Origin: Vicugna vicugna
Taxonomy: Eukaryota
Direction: 5' to 3'
NCBI GenBank assembly: GCA_013265495.1
Contig: MU057887.1
Span: 3,259,576-3,323,575 of the forward strand
DNA: 64,000 bases
Both the position numbers and the translations under genes were made by a program. This document shows positions 12,831 through 25,489 of this stretch, piece after piece. The first letter of the stretch is position 1. The number at the start of each line of letters is the position of its first letter. The notes beneath the pieces were generated by a model. It had not been told where the DNA came from and made no database searches. It worked only from the letters and a program-made list of their open reading frames with translations.

Positions 12831-13499
12831 AGCTTCCAGGGACCGTCCAGGGAACGAGGACCCCCACGTCCAGAATTACTTAAGATGGTTGTTATTTGAA
12901 ATTTGAGCCAGACAAGCTCCTGCTCAGGTGAATCCCACCAGCCTGCAGACACATGTCTAACATGTGAACGGGGGTCTCACCAGCGCCCAGACTCGAGGTC
13001 CAGGGGCCCAAATGCCGTGTAAGAGGCGGCTCTTCTCACCGAGGCTGGGGGTCGGCTGGGTCACCCCCAGCTGTGACACCGTCAGCCCCGGGCTCAGGCC
13101 ACCAATCCAGCCTCCACGGCGGCCCCAGCCCAGGGAAGCCCCAGAAGACACGTATGTACCTAGTCCTCAGCATGTTACCAACGGCTTCCGTGTTTAATTC
13201 TTCTGGTGTCCGTGTTCTCCCCACTTTCCTTTATGATTTCTTTTATTATTTCTACACTTGTAATGTTCTTTCGCCTCCAGTGGTTTGATAAATATTTGAT
13301 TCATTCTTTGTACTGTTTCTTTCAAGTTTTAAGCTTTGATTTGTTAAATCGCTGTAGACGGTGCATCTGGAATTCACTGCAGGACCGGGTCGGGCTGTGA
13401 GCCGTCAGCCCGGCAGAGGGGAGGGGGCTCAGCCTCCGCGTGGTGGCCGGATGCAGCTCTGTCAGCGTCCTCCCCATCCTCCTCCAGATAAAGTGCGGG

Positions 13500-13601
13500 C
13501 GTGTGCACACACAGATGTGCACGCCCACCCACCTGCACACAGACACGCGTGTATACACACGCACATAGACGTGTGCAAGCACAGCATGCGTGCGCACACG
13601 C
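13500..13601. repeat. Degenerate alternating purine-pyrimidine (CA/TG/CG) tract
   Basis: gtgtgcacacacagatgtgcacgc...gcatgcgtgcgcacacgc. Confidence 0.8.
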
Positions 13602-14809
13602 TCAGGCTCCGGCGGGTGACAGCAGCCATCACTGCGTGTGGCGATATGCACGTCCCCAGTCACAGAGCCCGGCTGCTTTTGCTGTGTGCTCCAGCTTCCT
13701 GTCTGTGTCCCCTTTCCGGCTAGTGGCTCCAAACTCGTCTTTTACCTGAAATTCACGAAAAAGTACACTTTGGAGAAACAGTTCTCAACTGGGTCACTTT
13801 GCTCCCTCGGGGACGTGGCGATGCCTGGAGCCACTCCTGACCATCACGAATCGGGGGGTGCTACTCTGTCTGCTCACGTCTGGGGGCGCTGAACCCCCCG
13901 GACACACAGGGCAGCCCCTCACCACGGCTGTCTCTCCTCCACTGCGAAGCTTGACAAAGCCCACTGGTGATTAATTAGCTGTAATGTTTGAGATGCTCAA
14001 AGTTAGGCAAAGCAGGAAAGACACAAGACGTGTTTGCTGCAAAGCACTGAGATGAGTGTTCGCGCGTCAGCTTGGATGAAAGGCTGGGGTGTGACTCACA
14101 GGAACTAGCAGTGAAGGTGTCATGAAACACATCTGTTTCGGAAGAACCAGCCGCTCCCCGTTCGCATGGTGTAAACCGAGGGGAGCAGGCTGAGGCGGCC
14201 AAGTGCCCGCGAAACAGCCCCCGTTCCCCTGCTTCCCTGAGCCTGCCCTGCAGGCGGTGGGTCCAGGGCAGGTGATGTGCTGGCTGCCCTGGTCTCCCGG
14301 GAGGAAGGAGCCTTCCCCTGGCCAGGAGGCCGGAACGTCACCATGGCTGGCGTTGGAGGCGGGAGGGAGGACCCAGGTCCCCAAAGGTCAGTCCGGAAGA
14401 GCTGCCGACTGGGGATCGCCCCCCCCCCCGGGTAATGAGGAAACGCCCTCCTGGGGGACAGCCCACAGCGAGGCTGCATCCGCGCCCTCGGACTGCCCCG
14501 GGGCAGCGGGCGGAGAGTGTGGGCCACTGGGGACCAGCCCGGGGACCAGGCGTGGCCGCACATCCCTCCCCGTGTGCAGACCACAGCCTCAGAGGGTCTC
14601 AGACAGGACCCACCCTCTCGGAACCTCGGCCGGCCGGGGTGGCTGTGGGCGGGGTGCACGTACGGTCTGGGTTCTGACAATCAGTCACATCGCGAGCTCG
14701 CGTGACACGTGGCCGGTTCCCTGGGCATCTCGGGGCACCGCACCTGCGGCCACCACGTCTCCCCACGCCCGTCCCTGGGGCCTCTGCTGACCCCAGAGAT
14801 AGAGCTTTC

Positions 14810-15270
14810 TTTCATTTCTTTATTTATTAAACTTTTTTAAACCTTAGGACAGTTTCGGATTTGCTGAGAAGTTGCCAAGACGGCACAGTATCCTCCGCCC
14901 CAGTCCCCCGCTCGCCGGCCCCTCGGGTGACTTAGTGACACTTGTTGCGATGAATGACATCAGCACGTCAGCACGCCGTCACGGACTGAGTCCCCAAGCT
15001 GCGGGGTTTCCTGCGTTTTCACCCGGTCATGTCCCTTTTCCGCCCCAGACCCACCCGGGGCACATGAACCGGCCGTCTCGTCTCCTCGGCTCCCTCTGCC
15101 CGTTTCTCGGATTTTCCTCGGTTCTGGTGGCCTGACAGCTTTCTGGACAACTGGTCGGGAACCTCGCAGGGCGGCTCTGCCCAGCATTCCGGCCACTTTT
15201 CCCACGGTTAGAGCGAGGTCGTTGGTGCTGGAGGCAGGTCGCAGAGGCCAAGGAGGGACACGCGCCCTCA
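14810..15270 (-). mobile_element. Old LINE-1 (L1MC-like) 3' end
   Basis: T-rich tail, then 'ggacagtttcggatttgctgagaagttgccaagacggcacag' and 'cctgacagctttctggacaactggtcgg', matching the antisense L1MC 3'UTR with a heavy GC shift. Confidence 0.65.
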
Positions 15271-18200
15271 CGGGGAAACCACCGGTGCTGACAGGAGGGC
15301 TCTGCAGGTGGGGACGGTGTTTCCTGGCCCCGCAGCACCCGAGGCTGAGGTGCCGTGTCCCGTGGGCTCAGGGAGGGTCCCGGCAGACGGCCAGGGCTGG
15401 TCACGAGGGAGTGGCCGGGCCGGACGCAGGCTCCACTCACCGTCCCACTGTGATACCTGGCGGTCACCCCGCCACCTGTGCAGGGGCCTGGGCCCCTGGG
15501 CTGTTTCTCTCTTGAGACCGTGGAGGGCGGGGCTGTCACAGCACAATTGTCACTCTTGTGTCCGGTGGAGTCTTTCCCGACGTCACTGTCACCCCCGCTC
15601 AAACCTCAGGGAACGCCCTGGAGGGGTGAGGACGCGTAGGCACCTCCCCCTCCCGAGGCAGGGTTCTGTTTTGGAGAAAGCTGGGCTCTGTCCCCTGAAT
15701 TTCCTCCAGGAAAAGAAGTGCAAATCAAATCCAGGCGAGGTGCTGGGGTCCCATGACCCCTCTGGGTCTGTGATGAGCCGGCTGGGCAGTCCCAGCCGCG
15801 GGTCAGAGCAGGGCCGTGGGGAGGACGGAGGACAGCGGTCACTGAGCTACCGCAGGTCCCCTGGAAATGTGGCCGGGGCCACGTCCTGGGAGGTCCTGCT
15901 TCCTGAGAGTGGACGCAGGGCTGCAGACCGTCGGGGTGGGAGGCTGCCGTTCTGTTATAAGCCCTTCCCCAATCTCTTACTGCAGAGTTCTTTGGTGTGG
16001 AACACAAATCAGTAAGTAAGTAAGAGACGCAGCTGGGTGTCCGTCGTCTCGGTCGCTGGGACCAGGTGATGAAGTTTCGAGCAAAGGCCACACGAAGCGT
16101 CTGAGCCGCTGGTTCTTCCAGAATTGATGCCTCAGGTTCACTCGTTTCCAGTCAAGATTCCGAGGGACTGGGCAGGACGTGACAAAGTGATCCTGGCGGT
16201 CTGTTGGGAAAACAAGCAGGCTGAGCCCCGACGATGGCCTTGAGCTCACGGGCGTGGCTGGGTGTCAGCCTCCCTGCGGCCAGAGGGCTCCCCCTGCGTG
16301 CGGAGGTGCTGCCCACGCCGTCCAGAGACTCCACGGAGCTCGGGGTGAAGGCTGCATGCTCAGGGTGCTTGTGAGGTCCTGCACGGCCAGGAGCCAGCTG
16401 ACCACCCCACCCCGCTCCACTCACACCCAACGTCTTCACCCCCCAACCTCCACCAGCACTGCACCCACGGCGCCCCCCACCCTCCCAGCAGAACCAGATC
16501 CAAACCACAGCTGCCTCCTCACCGCCACCCTCTCCTCCCACATGGGGTCAAGTAAATACAAATCTGGATGAGATGATAGTCAGGACCTGGGACACCCCCA
16601 AAACCCAGCAGGAAGAGGCTCCCTGGGCGCTCAGCAGGGCCGGAGCACGGCCTGGGCGCTGCGGCAGGAGTGCGCCTCCCGTGGCCACACGTCCTCGGGA
16701 TGAGCTGACTGGCGGGGGCGGGGGGCGTTCTGCCTGAGTCCCGCCCTGACTCCCGTCCAGGGAGAGGAGCCTGGCTGCCGTGACCCCTTCCTGCAAGACC
16801 ACGGCCACCTGGAACCAAGAGTGACCCATGGAGGAAGGGCAGGCCCCTTCGCGGGCTCAGGAGGCGTGACTGAGGCCCGGGACTCCTGGGCGGGCTGGCA
16901 CTCGGCTGGGGGCGCGGGGCAGATCTACATACTGGCTTGAAGGAAGGGAGAATGTTTGGGGAAAATAAGGCACATTGACGTAGAGAGAACTAGGAGACGC
17001 GGCTTCGTCTATAAGCCCGAGTGTCAGGACACGTCCCCGTCGGAGCCGCAGGGGCTTATGCTGACGGCGGCCCCAGTGGGCCTGCGGTCTTCCGGGTCAC
17101 CCTGGGCAGCTCCGTGGGACAACGCAGGCGTCCAGAGCGCTGCGGCTGCCGCCCAGCAGCCCAGGCCGCGAAGCAGAGCAGCTTGCCCTCACCGCGGGGA
17201 CGCAGGGCGTCGGTTCTAGTTGGCGCTGCCAGCCCTGAGGCGGCCCTTCGTGTCTCACGGGCCGCCTAACAGCCGCCAGCACCCCGCCACATCGGGCTCC
17301 AGCCGAATTGCTCCGCACAGCCTCCAGGGTAAACAGCCGGCGAGTGGCGGCCGGGACCCCGGCCCGGCCTTGCTCGGGGGCGTCTGCGGCCAGACCGCTG
17401 ATCCAGCGGAACACCGACCACGTCGGCAAGACAATCAGTCGACCTGGTGATTTGCCCCGAAAGCTGCCTCGCCCATCACTCCAGGCTGCGGCGCCCAGAG
17501 TCCTCCGGGAACGCCCAGCCGCCCCGAGTCGGCCCGAGTCAGCCGTCTTCAGAGCTGTCGCCAAGGGAGCAGGCCTCAGAGAAGTCTGCCCGGCCCCGCC
17601 TCTGCCTGGTGCCAGGAGCGCATGCCCGCCGCTCCGCCTGGCCAGCTGCGCGGCCCTGCCGCCCGGCCCCACCTCCGCGGCTGGAGTGCACGGTTGCTCT
17701 CGGCTGCTGCCTGATGTGGCCCCAAGTTAGAGGCTCATCCCGGCTCACAGCCTCGCGGTTCTGTGGGTGCTCGCAGCCGGTCCTCATCTGCGGCTCCACC
17801 AGGCGAGGAGGTGACCCCGAGCTCCCTCGAGTTCCAGGAATAATCTGCTTGCCCGGCTGCAGCACGAGGCCCTGGCTCCCCGCCGGCTCTGCCCCAGGTC
17901 GCCCTCGGCTCCTCGAAGCCGCCCCACCTCCAGCCACGGGGCCGCGTCCCTCTCACAACGTGACAGGCTCCTCCCGAGACAGCAGTGAGGACACGGGAAG
18001 ATGGCTCCCGCGATGGCGTAACCCAGTCACAGGGGTGACACCTCCCCTCCCCACGCTCCACCCGGAGCTGTGGGCCACCTTCCCCACCCACCCAAGGGGA
18101 GGAAGTGCCAGGGCACCGTCACCGGGAGGCGGGGACCGTGGACTCTGTCCCGGCACAACTCAAGAGCAACCGCAGGGAACACGGCCACAACCCAACAAGC

Positions 18201-20769
18201 GTCATTTTTAGAAACGGGCGGCAGGCTGGGCTGAGGGCCAGATTCGGGGCACACCTTTGAGAATAACAATCAACTATGAGAATGGGCTGATCAGCCCTTC
18301 TGTTAGTAGCAGGTGGGTTATAACTGCAGCCACGAAGTGATGCGCTTATCAGGCTAGACAGACAGGAAGCAGGTGTCGGTTCTGTTTTTGCCCGAGGGCG
18401 TGGAAGGACAGGAAGGCTCCCGATGTCACACCCGGCGTTTGTGACACTGCCGGGAACAGAGCCGGTCGTGCGAGCGCTCCCGGGGACCCTCGCTGGTCCC
18501 TTAGCTGGAGCCGCTCTGCCCGGGCCCCGCCCCCGGGGCTGCGGGCTGCTCTTCGAGGTCTCCTGGGCCTTGTCCGTCCTCACTTCCCTCGACTTGGCGG
18601 AGCCCCCCTTCCGTCTCAGGCTCCTACGTCTCAGGCGCCGACCCATCTCACTGTCACGTCAGCTGGTGCGTGAACACGTCCCCGGTGGGGAGGGAAGGCA
18701 GGACTCGGGGAAGGAAGATTTGGACGACAGGCCCCCACCATCGAAAACCCGTGACGGTCTTGGCTGATTCGGGTGGGAAATGAAAAGCGCGAACTCTCAA
18801 CCTGGCGAGACACAGATTCAAGTATTTCCATTCTGAAAGCAATCCGCCAGCCGGGGAGCGAAGCGTGGGCTCAGGCCCGCCGCTTCGTACCAACAATTCT
18901 TCTCTCCTGGCCCCGCTGTAGGGGCAGGGCCCCAGGTCTGGCTCTGCTGGGGAGGGACGCCCGTGGACGGAGAGCTTCGCTCCAGTGCCCAGCGCCCACC
19001 CACGTGGTCCTGAGACGCAGGGGCCTCCCGCCAGGGCCCGTTCGTGCGCCGTGGGGCATTTTGCTGTTGACTCATTAGCAGATTGGCTGGCTGTCCCTCG
19101 GGGCCGGGCTGCCTGCGGAGGCGGAGGAAGCCCCGTCCGCCCCACCTCACAAGCCCTGCCGCTGCCCCCCCTCCGCCCCCAAGGGAGTCTCTGCTGGAGG
19201 GGTCCGCCCGCCCGCCGGCCCGTCCCCCTCAGACGCGTCAGAGGTCCTCAGCTTCCCCAGCCTTGCGCCGCCCGCCAAGTGCATCCCGGGTCTCAGCCCC
19301 TCTGGGCCCAAGTGGCTCCAACCTCTGCCATTCCCTGAGGACTTTTTCGATTTAACTTCTGAAATAATAGGTGGCTTCTGAGTCTTTTCAAATGACACAG
19401 ATTATTTCTTCTGCTAATTATCTTGTAGAAAAGTGATGAGGGAGCAACTCTGAGCTCAGGGCTCTGAGGGTCAGGATCGGAACACCTGATGCTGATGCTG
19501 TTGGAAAGAGGGGACCTGGCGCCCAACTACGAAGGGCCCTCAGGCAGGATGACCCAGGAGGCTGCCTGCGAGGACCGTGCTCCTAACAGAAGAGGCGGCC
19601 GTGCACCTGTGCACAGGAGCACCCGACCAGGCTGGCTGGGGGAAGCCACTTGGTGACTCAGGGGCTTGCGTCATCCGAGCCCGAAGAAAACACCGGCGTC
19701 AGGGCCTCGCACCCCTTTCCCGGCCACCGGCAGAGCTGCTGAGGCTCCGAGCCCAGAGTGCGGTGGGACGGGGAGTGGCTGGTCCCCGGCCTGCCTCGCT
19801 CAGGCCAGGGTTGCCATGGAAACTCCACAGGCTCCTCAGAGAATCCCCCGGTGGTCTAATTTGAAGCTGCGGATCACCAGTAAACACCCAAGTAAAATAA
19901 CCTTCTGCTTAAAAAGAGCTGGGCTCCCATTAGCAAATCAGGTAAATGGTCTCTGAAGACGGTGCAGGACGTGGAGACAAGACAGGACAAAGGGAAGTCG
20001 ACCTGTGAGCTCAGAGGCAGCCCTCAGGAGGAAGACACTGGTCACTGCTCGTGGGAGAAGCCGCCATGTCCACTTCGGTGCTTGGGGGGCGACAGCAAGG
20101 CCCCTTCCCAGGATGCTCTTCCGCGACAGCCACGCCATCCACACGGGAACATGGGCAAACACTAGGGACGTGAACGTGGAGGCAGGGCTTCCGTGTCACT
20201 GATACCCACGTGAAAAGCAAGGCAGTGCTCCCAGCGGACACTCAACTTTACATCCAATGAGGATGCCATTTATTCGTGGGTTTCTTCCCCAAATACATAC
20301 TGAGAACCTCCTGTCGACGTGTCACAGGCTCAGAGGAGCACAGGCCCCTTTCTGGGGTGTTGGTGGAGCTCAGGGGCTGAGGGCGGGGGCAGGAGAGTGG
20401 GTCTGATGTGTGGGTGTCAGGACGCAGGCAGTGAGGAACAGCCTGTGTGGGTGGAGCCCCAGACGTCCCGGGGAGACGGGCGGGAGCTGGGACGTCCGCC
20501 ACGACCAGGGTGGCATCTGTCCAGGCTTGAGGACGATCTCGGGGGACACCCGTTGTCTCCACCCCGGAGGTGGCCTGGTTTGGGTGAGAAGGTGTCGCCT
20601 TAGCCATGATGGAATTTGCCCCGGGCGTCTATTTATCTGGGCCGTACCTTTCCCTACGTTAAAAATCTCTATAAAAGAACAGAATTTAACCATTTAAAGC
20701 TTGATGTTAACAGTGGCCAGAGTCAGACTGTAAAGGCAGAATTCTAAAATTAAGCACACCGCCCCCACT

Positions 20770-21690
20770 TTTGTTATGTTTCTAAACCTGCCTGATGGAC
20801 ATAAAGTCGACACACAGTGTCCTGCCCGGATTTGCACCGTACACGCTGCTAAGTCTCGACGTGGGTGCACACCTGTGAAAGCAGCACCACGACCCAGCAA
20901 ATGAGCACGTGGTTCACCCCGAAGGTTTCCTTGGGGACCTTCCCTCCAGCTGCCGTCTGTCCCCGACGTTGGCCCACACCGACTGGGGTGGTCTGTGAGT
21001 GGCCCCCACCGTCCGCAGCGCCCGCCCGGGTGCTGTCAGCGTGCCTCGCCGTCTGGAGACTCCCCCGTGTTACCGCCTGTGTCAACACTGCATTCATGCT
21101 TCCCCTGAAAAGTGCCCCTGGCAGGGACACAAGCATTTGTTTATCTGTCCCTTTGTCAATGGACATTCGTATTTTTTTCCAGTTTTTGACCACTGCAAAT
21201 GAAGCCGCTATGAATACTCATTTTCAAGTCTTTACAGGAGCAAACGATGCCGCTTCTTCCAGGGAAACCCCCGGAGCGGGCTGTGAGCAGCGGCCAGATC
21301 GTTTTCCTAAGCGGTCGTGGCATTTTCCGTTCCCTCCAGGAGCTCCCGCAGTCCTCGCCATTCGTGCGTATTTTTTTGTCTTGTTTCCTGCAACCTTTTA
21401 AAATTCACTTCTTAGCTCACTCGTTAGTTCTAGGAGCTTCTTTGAAGATCCTGTCTGACTCTGCGCAGAGGATCATATCGTCCGTGAACAAAGACGTACT
21501 GCCTCTTTCTTTATGGACAGATTCCTTGTGCCTCTTTTCCTGCCTTATTACGTTGCCTCAGATCTCCAGCACAGAGGTGAACAGAAGTGGTGAGAACAGA
21601 CACCTTTCACTTCTTCTAACCATGAGGGGGATCATTTGCTCTTTTACCCGTGAGTGTGGTGTTAGCTGTAGGTTTTTCAAAGCTGCAGAT
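20770..21690 (-). mobile_element. Old LINE-1, 3' end and RT region (left part of an interrupted element)
   Basis: 'tttgtttatctgtccctttgtcaatggacatt...ccagtttttgaccactgcaaatgaagccgctatgaatact' is antisense L1 3' sequence. The reverse complement near 21460-21490 translates FTDDMILCAE, the RT catalytic F(A)DD motif. Confidence 0.8.
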
Positions 21691-21694
21691 TGGT

Positions 21695-22243
21695 CGGACT
21701 GAGGGTGCAGAGAAAGGGAACCCCCGTGCCCTGCTGGTGGGGTGCAAATTGGTGCAGCCACTGCGGAAAAAGTACGGAGGTTCCTCAGGTAATTAAAAAG
21801 AAGACTACCACGTGATCCAGGAATTCCTTGTGGGGGTTTTTATCTGAAGAAAATAAGAACACTACTTTGAAAAGACACCTGCACCCAATGGTCATAGCAG
21901 CACTATTTACAATATCCAAGACATGGAAGCACCTAAATGTCCACTGACAGATGACTGGATAAAGTTGTGTGTGTGTGTGTGTACAACAGAGTACTACTCA
22001 GTCATAAAAACAGAATGAAGTCTTGCCATTTGGGATACCATAGATGGGCCTTGAAGGTGTTATGCTATGTAAAATAAGTCAGATTTCTTTTATGCAGAAT
22101 CTAAAAAAATTAAAAGTAAAAACATAAAAATAAAAAGCTCATAGATACAGAGAACAGATTGGTGGTGGCCACAGGTGGCGATTGGGGTGGGAGAGATGGC
22201 TGAACAGAATGAAAAGGTAAAACGTTTTTTAACTAAAAAACAA
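21695..22243 (+). mobile_element. 5'-truncated LINE-1 (ORF2 C-terminus and partial 3'UTR, L1MA-like) nested in an older antisense L1
   Basis: 'gagaaagggaaccc...ctgctggtggggtgcaaattggtgcagccact', 'cacctgcacccaatggtcatagcagcactatttacaat' and 'gctcatagatacagagaacagattggtggt'. Confidence 0.9.
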
Positions 22244-22244
22244 G

Positions 22245-23360
22245 GTATGGTGTCTTTTTTATATATTATCTGAACTAATTTGCTAAATTTGTGTTTAGAA
22301 CTTGTGCCTTTATAGTCACGAGGGGCGTGGGTTTGCAGTTTGACTGTAATGCTGCTGTTTTTTGTACCAGGGAAAAGCTGGCCTCATGGATTTAATTCAG
22401 GAGTATTGCCTCCTTTCTCATTTTTGGAGGAATTTGTGTGGAAAGGACATTATTTCTTCCTTGAGTGTCCGGGGGGATTCACCGCCGGAGTCACCGGGGC
22501 CTGGGTCCCTTTGTGGGAAAGTTTCCAGGCCCAGATTCGATTTCTAAAGTAGCGGTAAGGGTAGTCATACCCCCGTTTCTTCTCGAGCACCTCGATGCGC
22601 GGTGTCTTTTAGGGAACGTGTCCATTTCACCCGAGCGGTGTAATCCACTGGCGTAGAGTTGCTGGTGACACTTTCCTATCTGCAGTCTGTGTGATGGTCC
22701 CTCTAAACTCCGGACGGTGGGCACTCACGTCTTCTCTCTTTTTGTCCTGCCCAGAAGGGCTAGAGGTGATAATTTTTTATTTTGTATTGATTTTCTCAAA
22801 GAACTGGCTTTCTGTTTCAGTTACTTTCTCAGTTATTTTCCCATTTTCTTCTATTTCTACTCCGATTATTTTCTTCATTATTTTCTTCTGCTTGTTTCTT
22901 CTAGTTTCTTACGGTGAAGAGGGCGGGCGTTGATTTAAGGCTTCTTTTTCCTAATAGAGGCACGTGAGACTGTAAATCCCCTCCCGAGCACTCCTTTGGC
23001 AACGTCCCGTGCATTTCGATTTTTTCCCATTTTTGTTCAGTTCACAAGACTTTCTAAGCTCCCTTCTGTGGTGTCCTTTCATCCGCGGGTTATTCCATTT
23101 CCTAATATTTTGAAGTTTTCTAAAGATATACCTATTATTAATTTCTAGTTTAATCCCATTGCGCTAAGAACACATACTTTGTATGACTTGAATCCTTTGA
23201 AACTTATTTTCCAGCCCAGATGTGGTCTACCTGGGGAAACACTCTACTTGGGCTGGAAAAGAGTGTGTGTTTTGCTTTCAGTTGGTGGAATGTTCTGTTA
23301 ATGTCGACAGAAAGGTGTTGTTTGTTTTCTGTATCTTTGAGAATTTTCTGTCTACTTGTT
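22245..23360 (-). mobile_element. Old LINE-1 ORF2 (right part of the interrupted element)
   Basis: Reverse complement near 22420-22505 translates PGPGDSGGESPRTLKEEIMSFPHKFLQK (cf. [28 protein letters not shown]). T-rich plus strand continues into EN-region sequence. Confidence 0.85.
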
Positions 23361-25184
23361 TCATAAATTCCTGCCTACTGTGTGGAGCCCAAGACCCGGC
23401 GGTGTGTGGGCGTGTGGCTGGGGTGCGTGGTTGGGGCGGGGGCGGCCGTGACGGGCCGTGCCCGGGACCCCCCACCCCGTCCCACTGGGCGCGCGGTGCT
23501 CCGCGTGGTGCGTGACTCCCACACAAACCCCTCGGCTGCGCAGCCTGGGGGCGACGTCCATGTCCACGCTTTGACACCACTCATGGTTTCCCCTTGGAAG
23601 GGCTCCGAGATCTCAGTGTTAGGGTTTTGCTGTAAAGGTACTTCGGGGGCAAATCTGCAGCTGCTCGGCGGGCGCCGGGCTCAGGGTGGCGTTATTCCTC
23701 CCACGACCAGCCCACCGGTTGCTCCCTGGCCCTTCTTGGGTCCTACGTGAAGACCTCAGCAAGAGCGAGTCAAAGTACGTGGCAGCAGGAAGGCTGTGTT
23801 GGGGGACTTCGTCCCCTCTGGCCAAAAGCGTTTCCCTTCCTCGTTTTTCAATCCTCCGCTCAGGGCTAACTTTACAGCTTTTATCATAATGGACTTTATG
23901 TACAACAGCGAGACTTTACTGCAGCATATGCTCATTTTATACATTCATGCATAAAGCATATTTTAAATCCGTGGTCAGAGGCTCATAATGCAGTGTTTAA
24001 AACCAGACCGTATTTTCTCCGTGCGTTCATAAAACGCAGTTCTTCGGAAAATGTTATTAAGAACTTTGACTCTTGGGCTGTCGGGGTTTCCGCATGTGTG
24101 AGCGTCTTGCCGGAGCAGAATCAGACGGGCGTCCGCCCCTGCGGGGCTGGGTGGGTCCTCGATGCCCCCGAGGAGCAGCTCGGGGTGGAAGGCAAGCAGA
24201 GCTGCCTGGGTGGGCAGGGCGGCTGCCAGGCAAGGACAGTTGGAGGCGGTTTCTGCTTCTGTTTGGGAAATGAGTTGTCACATCAGAAATTACACAGTCA
24301 TCTATCACCAGGGCCAAGCCGCGACGCTCGGGGGTCGGGCGTGTTACATGCACTTCTGACGTGTGATGTTGTCAGTGTACAATCGGCTGGCTGGGATTAC
24401 CCCCCCCCATAAGAGGAGGAAGATCTGTGTCCAGAATTCGGACACGCGAATGGTCTGAGACAACATTCAGTCCAGTTTGTTCGGTCACCACATGGTGGTG
24501 CCGGCTGGGTGCCACCCTTTCTGCTGGGCCGGCTGACAGATCAGGAGACAACTGCTGTGGAGAAGCAAGTTGTGATTCACGGCTCCCCAGAGGAGGGAGC
24601 ACACCCCATAACGGGGCCACCGGGAAGCACCAGGGTGGTCAGGAGGCAGAGAGGGGGACACGTGGACAGGCCCCTTTACTGCAGGAAGCGCAGGCGAGGC
24701 TGGCCGCAGGTGTAGGGCTGTGGGTGTGTCCGTGGGCTCCGGGACACAGCTGTGGGGTGCCTGACCCCCGGTGATGAGGGCAGGTGGAGGGTGGCCCGGA
24801 GCCTGAGAGCCCCATGCAAGTCTGACCCCGGAGAGCCCGCCCACCGGCGAGTCTGGCCCCGGGGGAGCCCGCTCACCGGCCACCCCAGCAGTCGAAGCCT
24901 CAGGACCTGGAAGACAGGGGCTCGGCTGACGCGTGAGGTGCAGGAGCAGCTGCCCGGGGCGGGAGGAGGGGTGAGGGGCTGGCCCATGTCTTCCTGACAG
25001 CCAGTGCCCGGTGTTTCAGAGAGACCCCGCCGCAGGCGGGACCCGCGCCCACTGCCCTCTGCAGCCCTCCTCCTGTGCGTCTCGAAGAGCCTGGGGACCC
25101 GTGGGATCATGGCTGATTTTTTAGCAAAAGTGGGAGGGAAGATGTGTGGGCCCCTCACACTCATAAAGATTATTATCACCCCCA

Positions 25185-25320
25185 AGCAGGGACCTGGACA
25201 GATGTTTGTACACCCACGTGCACAGCACGGCGACACCCACGGCGGGAAGGAGACAGCCACCCCGTGACCACAGACAGACGAGTGGATGCAAAGTGTGGTC
25301 ATCCAACAGACGGCTTGTAC
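25185..25320 (+). mobile_element. Short LINE-1 ORF2 3' fragment, strongly GC-shifted
   Basis: 'acagatgtttgtacacccacgtgcacagcac...agacgagtggatgcaaagtgtggtcatcca' vs L1 'acagatatttgtacacccatgttcatagcagc...gatgaatggataaacaaaatgtggtatatcca'. Confidence 0.7.
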
Positions 25321-25489
25321 GAGCCGGTCGGCGCGGGCCGGACAGCGCCCGAAGGCAGAGAGCCCAGGGCTGCCCTGCGCCCTGCAGCCCCGCCCTGCCC
25401 CCCATCCCGTTCCCAAGCGCACCGGGTCTGTCTTCCTCCCCTGCGAGCTGGGCTGCACTCCCAGGACCTCGCACAAGCGGAAGCGTGAG

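Noticed and set aside
19410..19470. Good plus-strand acceptor (CTAAT...TCTTGTAG) as a coding exon start
   Set aside because: All three frames stop within about 40 nt.
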